DNA from: Phoronis australis
Taxonomy: Eukaryota; Animalia; Phoronida
NCBI GenBank assembly: GCA_002633005.1
Contig: NMRA01001185.1
Coordinates: 1-42,245 of the forward strand
Reading direction: 5' to 3'
DNA: 42,245 nucleotides
Each line of letters begins with the position of its first letter. Within the stretch, counting starts at the first letter, position 1. A program made the translations under genes and the position numbers. Below are positions 1 to 11,300 of the stretch, one piece after another. The notes below the pieces were generated by a model, which did not search any database, was not told where the DNA came from, and saw nothing but the letters and a program-made list of their open reading frames with translations.

Positions 1-12
1 GCGTTTACTTCG

Positions 13-578
13 CTCGCTGGTCGGGTTCCCTGCGTGTCGCTGGGTGGTAGAGAACACACGCAGGTACCATTTGGTTTTCTTCTGGAAATTTTTTACATGG
101 GCGTTTCTGATTGGCTAGTTGAATTCTCGACAGGTAGCGCTTTACGCAAACAAACTGGCATGACTGATGGAGGAAGTGTAGTAGCCTACATGTGGTCTGT
201 TGCACAGACAAATCGGTGCTTAATTCATGTTCAAGAAATGTCAATCCCAGAAAATTGTGGTTGCGCCTTTTGTTTACGCTGCTGTCCTGTATTAATGCAG
301 TATGAATACCACACCTGTTAAAACGGCCAGATATTAAGTGTTTATTGTTCATGTATGTGCTTCAAGCACGCGGCTATGAAACATCACTGCAGAAACGAAA
401 TAGTTGCTGCTCCGCCACTTGCATGACGAGGCTAAAAATCGTTCACAGTGCGCCATTTTCTCTCTTTGTTGTAAACCTAACCAATGACTGCCGAGGTTAC
501 ACCAACCAGTGAACATGAGCGCGTGCTACTGAATGATACCTGCGTGTGGTCAGTCTAAACGCAGGAAACCAGCGAGGA
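13..578. mobile_element. Degenerate MITE with ~50-60 bp TIRs
   Basis: Left end ctcgctggt..ttccctgcgt..acacgcaggtaccattt matches the reverse complement of the right end (ctcgctggtttcctgcgt..acacgcaggtatcattc). Direct repeat ttacttcg at 5-12 and 579-586 is a candidate 8-bp TSD. Confidence 0.5.
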
Positions 579-649
579 TTACTTCGATGACGACAGCGTC
601 ACCTGCCGTTAACTCCGACGTCAGCTAAGTTAGTATGAAAAGGCCTTAC

Positions 650-807
650 AACTCCACACTTCATAGTATTTCTGGGTATTCCCGAAAATGACGTGTAGAC
701 GTTTTAGCACATCCCTCTCTTTAGTCACCGCAGCTATCACATTCTCCGTGTCCTCACTTTCCAACACATTTCTTCATTGTAGACGTTCGTATCTATTTCT
801 GCGGCAT
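650..807 (-). pseudogene. Possible decayed pogo/Tigger-type transposase N-terminus (HTH-psq-like)
   Basis: Across a stop and frameshifts it reads MPQK*IRTST..EDTENVIAAVTKREG..TSTRHF..GIPRNTMK, resembling the psq helix-turn-helix pattern. Judged by eye only. Confidence 0.3.
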
Positions 808-2283
808 GTTGAAAATTATTTTTACAACGATTCCTAAAGTATATTTATGGGTCAAAACGGCCACCTTGTCTCTTTTGCCACACTACGATCATATTATACC
901 GTCATAACATCATCACAGTATGCATCGAGGAACTTAGGACCTGGCTATTTTTCTCACTCACGTGACATACCTGTTAACCTTTAACCCACAATCAAATTCA
1001 TTTCGTACATTGGATTTTCTATATAAGTACTGACACCTAACGTCTAGGGGCAGTATCAATTATTTCTTGCTACCCGACGTCAATCCACTCTGGCAGTTTT
1101 GCCAGAACATGCACTGTTATGACCCCTAGCGGTTGAGAAATGAAAACGGCACAGTTGCCACATGGTCGCGGAGGCGGTATTATATTCAACTGAGGAAAGT
1201 CCTTGTCTTCTACTCGGTGATTCGTTTACTCCTCTCTGTACTGTTGCCATGCTGCTTTGGACCAGCGGCTGACCACAAAACGTGGATGTCAGGTCGTTGA
1301 CTCAGCAATGTGACGTCAGCAGGGTTCGTGAATGGCCCAACCGGGGCCGTTGAGAGCCTGTGAGGAGCCCGGGGGTGATCTGGCCCTCGCAGGCGCTGAC
1401 TTTGCTAATTATTCAGTGATCGCGATTACACGGAGGCACAGATCCATTCTAAAATAGGATCAAATGGTTCCATGCAGGCCGAATAATAGAACAACGCACG
1501 GCCCGGGCACCTTACCATAAAAGGCCGATGCCTGCCGACGGAATGCATAGGGCCTACCGTGAATAACACGCTTAGCTTACAAGTAAGTCACGCATTTCTA
1601 AAGATACGCGGGACTTTTCACGGCCGCTCGTCCTCCTGAGCGGCTTTGACCAGTATCAAACGACAGCGCGGCGCCGGAGGCAGGTACGGTTGTGATGACC
1701 GCCGATTGGCCGATACGAGCAAGACCCAATTAAGTGTAATTACCCGACCATAAACTGTTTTACACATCTCTGACTGTACATAATGGCGAATTTTCAAAAT
1801 GCAAACCACTAATTTTCGCTAAAAACGAACACCACGGCGGCATTCAGCTGGAAAAAACAACCTAGTACGGTTTTCGATTTTTAAAAATCGATGAAATCAT
1901 AATAATCCAAAAACTACAACCATTGATTCGATTGAAGATAAACTGCCGCGCGTATTGATGTACTCGGTGGATATACATGTACAAACGCTGATTAGAGTTA
2001 ACAATATCACAATACACATGGATTCATATTTTAATATTCTTTCAATCTGGTTTAACCAGATTTCTGACCAGGAAACAGTTGTACTTAACTTGTGCCCACT
2101 TACAATTTTTTTATTACTGACAAAAAGCTAGAATAGTTAAAAAAAGTCAGTGCCACCAAAATTGTCCAGATTCCAAGTCTTCAGTTTGGTTATCACCACG
2201 TTTGCACTTTTGTATGTATTCTATGATTTGAGTTCTAATGAAGATTAAACTTTAATGAAATGTTTAGTGTACCCGTAATGTGG

Positions 2284-2780
2284 AAAGTTCAGAGATGGTC
2301 TCACAATGGACTTATAAGTTTCGCTGGCGATCAAAATCTATCACTGTTTTGGTACTTTAAGTTTAAAACTTTGATAAAAGTTATCAAACAGTTCCCGGTA
2401 AAAAAAACAAGTGGGCAGAAGCATTCAAATTAAATAAAGAAAACTAATATGAAACACATCGTTCCTTTGGGAAGTAACCCTCAATTATAAAGATAAACAC
2501 AAGTTAACCTTTTTTGTCATTTTGTAATATTTATAATATACCGTTACCAAGTTAAAACTACTCTCCAGAGTTGCAGGCCGCTGTTAGTAACTGCAAATGT
2601 CAGAGAAAACCAAATTGGGGTTTCTAACAATTGTTGAGATAGTAATGCTAGATATTATCTTTCCACTTCATTAGCTCAGATCTACATCAATACAAAGGTC
2701 GTGCTGAATAGGCATCGTAAAAGTTGTCTGGGGCTAAGGGAATCTGAGCGGTGACCCGTGGCATTGAGAAATTCTCCACA
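2284..2780 (+). repeat. Old dispersed repeat, copy A (inverted partner at 13524-14018)
   Basis: Collinear blocks shared with the reverse complement of 13524-14018 (agtttcgctg..gatcaaaatct; tttgggaa.t.accct; aatacaaagg..tgaataggcat..taaaagttgtctg..aagggaatct; aaattctcca). Confidence 0.7.
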
Positions 2781-3332
2781 TTGTTGCAGGAGTGAAAACT
2801 TTGTTCACTGGCTGCTCAGGGCCGACAGTTCGATGAAACAAACTGCAACAGTAAATTGCCAAGTTATTTTTTTTTAAATTACCGTTTTCATAGTTTCTCA
2901 CCGTCGATCATACTAGTATCGGCGTAACGAGGTATTCAGATTTACGCCCTTAGACTGAAGTGGCGCTAACCACGGTGCGGCAGACCGGACCCCAAATGAA
3001 AGATGTCTTCGACAAATGAGGCTTACAAGCCCACGTCGCTGACAACTCAGTGCCTCGGGCTGCATTGTGCGACATGTGTGTACGTCACGGCCTAATAAGT
3101 GCTTGCAAATAGCCTATTGTCTAGCTCGTATGGTCGGCATGTAGAGCATTTCGATCACTGACCAGTCTCGGCCGGGTTGCAATACGCACACTCCTGCCAG
3201 GGCGACGTGCGTTTAGAACGCGCCGAGTCGCTTTAGGGCACAAGGCAAAGGAAAAAAACATACCCGGTCGGACCAGCCTGGCCCTAAAAAAGTCGAGAGC
3301 CCACTAACAATTTGAGCCCTACGCAACGACTT

Positions 3333-4016
3333 AAAATGTCAAGGGGAACCACACGAGTTGGTCCCGTTTGAAAGTATAGGAACACATCGGCGAATGTGCA
3401 CAGTTTGGCAGATACAGAAGCAGACGACAAAAAAAACGACTAAAATAACTAAAATGGCCACTATTTGGTGCACAATACGTCGAATCCATCACTAAAAGAA
3501 AATGCGTTATCATCAGAATAGAAACTAATTTGGCCAAACTTTAAGAGAAAGCACCATGGAACTCTGAAGGTAGAGGCAAACGTAAACAATAAAATTGCCG
3601 CTAAGGGGTGACAGAGTAGTCGAACACATCCGAAAATCAACGCCAGACTCGGTCTTTTCATCAAGAACACATCTTTAAATTTTTAGAATGATTTTCATAA
3701 TGACCACCAGATGACACTATGTGACACAAAATACCTCAAAACAATCCATAAACTGGAAGGTAGCGTCATATCACTAATAGATACCTAATGGCTAAATTTT
3801 ATGAAAATCCGTAGAGCACCTTTGAACAAATATAAAGGAAACCAAGGGGCACACCGGTAGTTGGATCTGTCCGAAAATTTGCTCATGCTATCCCAACCAT
3901 ACAAAAGGAACAAATACGCAAAAGTTCATGAACATACACCAAAGGCTTTTGGGGACAGAGCAGAGGACGCTGGACCACAGACAGGGGTGACAATATATTT
4001 ATATGTGGGCGCATAA
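3333..4016 (-). mobile_element. Degenerate/truncated Helentron-associated element (HINE), same family as 22342-23531
   Basis: Shares the aaaatggccact..gaatccatc and caccggtagt.ggatc.gtccgaaa subunits and the terminal atatgtgggcgcataa with the FNTA-intron copy. Confidence 0.75.
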
Positions 4017-5245
4017 TGATGCTTCACTAGAACGTGGTTATTGTCTGTTTTGCAACAAGACTAATGTTCATTAAACACCAGTGAAGAGACATGAACTCCC
4101 CACAGAAGTATGATTAGCGTGCCTAACCACTTGGAAAACTAGCTCGTCACATGGGTAACCTGCCCAGCGCCTTCATAGTCGCATTGGCAACTGGGCGGGC
4201 GAGTGGCTAACTATATCCCTGGATCACACAAGCAAAACACTTCATTCGCATACCACCGGTTTATTAGCACACACACAACTCCAAAGCACCACTTGTGATC
4301 ACCTGATCAAGTTGAATGACATGTCTACATTGAGATCCACGATACATTGTTCCCCCCATCAATAATCAACAAAGTTAAGGTAATCAACTTTAGATTGTCA
4401 GATATTTCACTTTAAAGCTATTAACCATGCTCTGGTGTTAAAAATATCAACTTTCTTCACACTGAGCAAATTTGCACTTCCAAAGAAAGGTAACCAGATT
4501 GGTTCAAATGCTCTGTTTGTATGTGAACTCTTTACAGTGAAACCCTTGGAATTCTACCCTTTCAGCTCTACTGGCCCTGAAACTAACTCCTCTTCCCCTG
4601 ACAAGCAACTTAATGGACCAGTGTCAAGCAACAGCGACCCATCATTTTGTTTCTGTAAAATCATAAAATCATATAATTTGAATAAGGAAAAAAAGTTGAA
4701 ATCGGTTTCATAACAAAAAGATAATTACCAAAATAATCATGAGTTTATATGAATAACATTTTTGGGAAATTAAAAGCACTTTACTTCAATCACAGAAAGT
4801 CTTGAATAATAGTCTTGGTTGATGTTGTTCATAATCCCCAGGTGGCGCCAAACACCTAATTAAACATTCAGGAGCAAAGGTACATATGATTGTTGTCTGA
4901 TGGGTGTACAGCCAGGACACGGTAAATACAAGCCATCCCAATAATAGGTCTCTGACCACAAACTAACAGGATCCACATGGTGATTCATACTGATTATGAT
5001 CATCTGCAGATAGCAGCTTAAGTATGGCACAATATAATCACAAACAAACTGTGTATTACTGTTAACAGTAACACACTTAATTACACACTTTGCAGGGAGA
5101 ATTGGTGATTTTAAATTAGTTCTTGAGTGTGAAGTGGTACTGAGGCTTACAGATGCCTAGTAGTCCCTGTTCGAACTATTAGGAGAACTGGAAATGAGCC
5201 GAAAAAAGCCAAGAGCGGATCATCACTGTGTTTGTAGCAGCATGT

Positions 5246-5347
5246 TCAGCAGATTCTGTTTTCTTCGTCTGCTCCCCAAAGGTCAGCCACTGGACCTAGG
5301 GCCTTCTTGACATCTTCTGAACACTGACTGAGCTCAGCAAGGACATC
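5246..5347 (-). CDS. AKR last coding exon
   Basis: ttgtag|DVLAELSQCSEDVKKALGPVADLWGADEENRIC* ; gives a typical AKR final helix and length; missed by the ORF track. Confidence 0.82.
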   Translation of the reverse strand, partial: DVLAELSQCSEDVKKALGPVADLWGADEENRIC

Positions 5348-8300
5348 CTACAACATAATGAACAGTGGCTGTGGTAACAAGGACATCCTACAACATATTG
5401 AACACTGAATGAGCTTAACAAGGACATCCTACAACATAAATAAACAGTGACTGAGCTAACAAGGACATCCAACAACATAAATGAACACTGAATGAGCTAT
5501 CATGGACTTCCTACAACAAAATGAACACTAACTGAGCTAATGAGGACATCCTACAACTTAATGAACACTGACTGATTTGACGAGGACATCCTAAAACATC
5601 GAAAACTGATTGAGCTCAGCTAGGACATCCTACAACACAATAAACAGTGGCTGCACCAACGAGGACATCTTACAACACATTGAACACTTATTGAGCTCAA
5701 CGGGGAGATCCTACATGATGAACTATAACTGAGCTAATGGGCCATCCTAAACATGATGAACAGCGATTGAGCTCAACTAGGACATCCTACAACATAATGA
5801 ACACTGACTGATCCAACAGCTACATCCTAAACATAATGAACACTGATTGAGCTCAACGTGGTCGTTCCACAACATATTGAACATTGACTGAGCTCATGAG
5901 GGCATCCTACAACATAATGAACACTGAGTGAGCCAACAAGGACATCCTACAACACAACGAACACTGACTGAGCCACTGAGGGCATCCTACAGCATGATGA
6001 ACACTGACTGAGGTCAACGAGGACATCCTACACCATAATGAACACTGACTCATCTAACAAGGACATCCTACAACATATTGAACACTGACTGAGCTCAGCT
6101 AGGATATCCTACAAGATAATGAAAACTGACAGAGCTCAACGAGGACAATCTAAAACATAATGAACACTAACTGAGCTCAGCCAGGACATCCTGCAGCACA
6201 ACAAACACTGACTGAGTTCATCTGGGGCAAAGCACAATACAATCAACTCCATTTGAGTTCAGCCAGATCACTTCACAATGTACCAGGAATTTCCAATAGT
6301 AAGCTTCCAGAGCCTATATTAAGAAAGAGGCATTTTTTTACTTTTCCAGTACGCCAAATAGAACCACGTGTGGATAAAGGGGACAACAAATGGAAAATGT
6401 GAAATAGAATTATAGAAATATCTAGACTAATGATATTGAATGAATGACTAGTGGTGTTTCTCACAAGGGTGAGTTGAATTCTAACTGGTGAGTCAAAGTC
6501 CTGTCTGCTATCAAGTAATGATGAATATTTTTCTAGTTGCAAGTCTGGCAGGCTTCAAAACGACAATTTTTGCAAATAGGATTCAGATTCTGTGGTTAAT
6601 GGTGTCTTTAGACGAGAGCAATGCAGAGTGTAGATATGCACACACCATGTGCAGCTTATACAGCATAGATTTCTTAGCAAGAAGCATAGTTTCTATGCCA
6701 ATTTCTGTAAGGATCTTTCGAGTGTATTCAAATGGGTTTCATTTAATTTTATTTGACTTTCATTCCATATCAACACCGTACAAGGGCCCATATTAAAAAC
6801 ATACAACAGAAGCGTGAGTACCCGAAAAACAGCGACCATTACCTTGCTGAGTTTGACCATTTTACAGTTCTGCTCCAGCTGTTCAGGTGAGCGTGCTCCA
6901 ACTATGACACAAGACACACCCTGTTGCTGCAGTAGCCACGAGAGTGCCGCCTGACTCATTACAACATTCTCACGGTCACACACATTCTTTATGGCATGAA
7001 TGGCCTGAAGAAAAGATGAGAAGAATCCAGCCTCTGTCAGACAAAAGCATGACTTCAAACTTACAACAAAAATCCTGCTACCAAGAACAAAACCAAAACC
7101 AAACCTATTTGAAAGTGTTAAACTATAAAATGTGACTTACAGTTGTAGTGTAAGCCTACGCATGCAGTTAAAGTGACCCGAACCAGAATTTACCTAGTTT
7201 GATGAGTGAATATAATGTACACAGAGAAGTGCACCTTTAAAGTCCCCCAAACCACAACCATCTTGTTTTGATGGGTGACTATAGTGTATGTGAACATGTG
7301 CATTTATAAAGATCCCAAAATCACCATTCAAATTGTTGCGTTGAGTGACTGTAGTATAAACAGACAACACGCACCTTTAAAATGCCTCAAATCAACATTT
7401 GCCTTGTTTTGACAAGTGTCCATAATGCCAGGATTTTTACATTGCTGCACATCACAACAGTAGGCTCAATTTCCCCACAACAGGAAAACAAAATATTCAT
7501 TTCCTTGTTTATTGTATTTAACATAATATGGGAGAAATCTTCTAGTGCTTGACACAATGAGGCTATGCCTATGCAACATCGCATAATCCAACCAATAAAT
7601 GGTTTTGCTCAACAACTACTAGACAGCATACTGTCAGACTGTGTTTTTCAGTGCCCTGATAGAGCAGATGACCAAAGGTGAAGTTGCTTTTCACGTAAAA
7701 ATGGAGTTTTGGGGGCACTTCACAATGCAATTCAACATTCTTAGCATCAGTGAAGAATTCTTTAAGAAACATATGAACACATTTTTTAAAACTACTGATC
7801 ACATGCGTTGGACATGGAGATAAAGACAAGGTTCAACTGGTTTATCCCCCCTCCAGCACACAGAGACTGTAGGCCAGCTATCCACAGATGGCCCCTGTGC
7901 AACAAGACTAAAGACCAATAGAGCCACACCCTGTGCACATGCTTTGGCCACCATGCCACATGTGTTATAAAGTTTTACAAGACAACCAACTTGAAGAATC
8001 ATTCTTACCTCGAAAAGTTCCTGCTCACAGCCATCCTTGCCGTGGCGACTCAGGGAACAACTGAAAAAACAAAAACGGGCGTGACTGGGGTGTAAATGCA
8101 ACAACATTTTATTAACAAACCTTTATATAAAGCACAGAGTTATGTGAACACCTTGCTGTTGTGAGAACCCCATTGTGAATCTATTTTCAATACTGCTAGT
8201 TGTTCGCAAGAATTATTCAAGGTTGATTACTTCTGAATCGGTGACATACCTGCTCATTTTAAAATGTCTAGTCCTACGTCGGCCAATAGGAACATCATCA

Positions 8301-11300
8301 ACTTTGAGGTATCTACCACTTAAGAGACCTTGTTGTAAAGGGGAGTAAGCCAAGATACTCAGCTCGTGGTCAACGCAGAATGGCACGATTTCATCTTCAA
8401 TAGTTCTTGCTAGCAAGTTGTAGCATAGCTGCAAAAACAGGATTTCATTTTACTGTGAAGGAATTAGTGCAGGTTGAACACATTTACACTTTAATTTAAA
8501 AATATCAAATCTAAGGGCAAGTTTATATGAACACAATTTAATGCATTACTAAATAAATGACAAGTAACTTAAGGTTATGTAGCACTTTAGAAAATTGTCC
8601 AATTTTGGCCAACTTTGGAACAACATATCTCAGAAACGGCTGATCTGCAGACAGACTGTTTTTTTCAATTTATATTTTCCCAGTTCAGATGAGCAAGGAA
8701 AAAGGTCTGGGATTCCCTGGCCTTACTTTTAGAGTTTTGGATTTAACTAAAATAAAATATACAAGCTGGGTTTTAATACAAAAAAGTAAACAAAGTCAAA
8801 GAGAACCATGTAATATCTAGAATAGTTAGTATTTGGTAATTCTTGGAGAAGATAGAGAATAGTGATTTATGAAATGTAGCTTCACATTGTTGACCATCTA
8901 CTGTAAACTAGTCCAATGAATGTACAGTATTTCTTGGAACAATCTATTTCTTTTTGCAATATAGTTTTATTTGGATGTTTGCCTCTGAGGCATTACAGAT
9001 ACTATGCGTTATGCACTGTTCTCCACAAGTCTGTTAGGAAATGTTTTTAAAATGTTCTACTTTTGCATGTCTGAAGGGCTGCCAAAAATCAGACTCCGAT
9101 GATTTTCATGAAAAAACTCAAGAAGTTGCATAACATGAAAACGAAATAGTAATTCAGAAAACTGTAACAGTGTTTTAAGATTGCACGTACAACATTCAAT
9201 TATTTTATATTAAACATGTTGTTAATACCATTATTTTGATATCAATGTACTGCACTATTTGGTTAAATGTTACCACAAGGACATGGTCAGCAAATGATCC
9301 TAAAAATCTACTAAAAATTCTACAGTCTTTCTATTTTCAGAAACTTTTACTAAGAGTTAAAACCTGTAATTTTGTTGATATTTGGCTAAATACAGTCTAG
9401 TTGATAAGGTCCCACATAAACCTTAAAGTATTGTACATAAACCTTAAAGTATTGTACATAAACCTTAAAGTATTATACATAAACCTTAAAGTATTGTACA
9501 TAAACCTTAAAGTATTGTACATAAACCTTAAAGTATTGTACATAAACCATAAAGTATTGTACATAAACCTTAAAGTACTGTACATAAACCTTAAAGTATT
9601 TTACATAAACCTTAAAGTATTGTACATAAACCTTAAAGCATTGTACATAAACCTTAAAGCATTGTACATAAACCTTAAAGCATTGTACATAAACCTTAAA
9701 GTATTTTGCTTGCGGTGTGTAATTCATTTTGATCAGAACAGAGGGGCTGACAACCACAGATGGACAGCAGTTTGGCAGAACTACAATTGTGACAAATGCC
9801 AATGGAAGACTGAGTAGACTGCTGGCTTATACAAAAACAAACAAGAGCACAATTTAATAAATTAAAAGTCACCTGATTTGTCAGTGGTTTCCCACCTCCA
9901 TTAAGTAAAGCCGTCAAGTTCTGTACACCATGGTTACTGACTCCATAGTAACGGATCCTACCCAAAGATTGCTGGCGCTTTAACTCCTTGACACATGCCT
10001 CCATGTCACCAAACACGGCACCCCAGTGAGCCTAGGAAATTGTGGGAAATATTGTTGACAGAAAGGATGAGTTACTGTAAGTAGTCATGTGTGCATAGCA
10101 AAGAAATCAGGTAAAAACTTGTTCTTGGTCTTTATGACAGACCCAAATGATAGGCTCAGTACTAGTCTTGCCAATTTGTTGAACAGAAACCAATAATCCA
10201 GTCCTGACTAGAAATTCCCATCAGCCAACAATGGTGACCCGTGCATGACATATTGTCACTGACGCACCACGGAGATCAGGATTTTTGTGAGAAAGGCTTC
10301 TTTCCCCACCTCACCCATTACATGGTCCGCGTTGAGCCAATCAGTCTCAACACCGCCAACCTCAACCACCAACCCACATGCTACAAGTCGAGGTAATCCG
10401 TCTCTACACAGCCCACAATGCCCAATAACACAAATTCTGCCTACCATCAACATACCTGATATAAGTCCAGGTAATCTGTCTGTAGGTTCTGCAGTGTCCT
10501 GGTTAGTGCTCTCTCAATGTCCTCAGGACCATAACCAGACTTGACATCTCCAGGTCCATAACCAAACTTGCTAGCCACCACTGCATTCTGCCTCCGACCA
10601 GCCAGGGCCTTCCCCAGCACAACTTCTGAGTTTTTGTATGCCTGTCATGATGAGTAGATTAGTAAATTATTTTCAAAGGAACCAAAACTACAGTGATTTG
10701 AAGGCAATAATACGTGCCACTATAAGTTAAAATATTTCACGTTATCACTTGTATTGTACAGTAGGTTCTCTGCATATTAACCATTTCAGCTGAACTTGTG
10801 GGCAAGTCTTTGGCAAGTTTGGTCTTCACTTTAGCGTATGAAAGGAGTAAATGGAGGGAGGTTCTTATGAAAACACTGCAGAGAATTGCTCCCCTCTCGT
10901 GTGTTGTCTTTGACAAATTCTGTCGTCAAGAAATTAATGACATTGGTACACATGTCTTGACAAATGCCTGGTATCCCTTGACCATTACGTCCCCCACTGC
11001 ATGGGCTCAGTGTACTTGCATTCGTTTAGAGTTATGCCGCCACCAGGTCCTGCTGAAAGTTAATACTACAGTACTCACTTTTAAAAACATCTAACAAACT
11101 TAAGCCTTTTACCTCAGCTGTGTCAAAAAAGTTGACCCCCATTTCAAGAGCTTTGTCCACAATCTTGCAGGACACCTATAATAAATGGATAAACAAAACA
11201 AAAAAATTAATTTAGGAAGCAATATTAGTACCCAATTAAACAAAGGGGAATGAAAAAAATAGAAGGTGAACTTGTGAAGGTTAACTGGTAAAGAACGAAA

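Noticed and set aside
5320-6218. CRISPR-like regularly spaced repeats
   Set aside because: The whole unit repeats with no unique spacers, there are no cas genes, and the context is a eukaryotic intron.
9397-9817. Repetitive ORFs (YINLKVL)n, (MYNTLRF)n, (QYFKVYV)n
   Set aside because: Translations of a 21-bp intronic minisatellite that is open in several frames.
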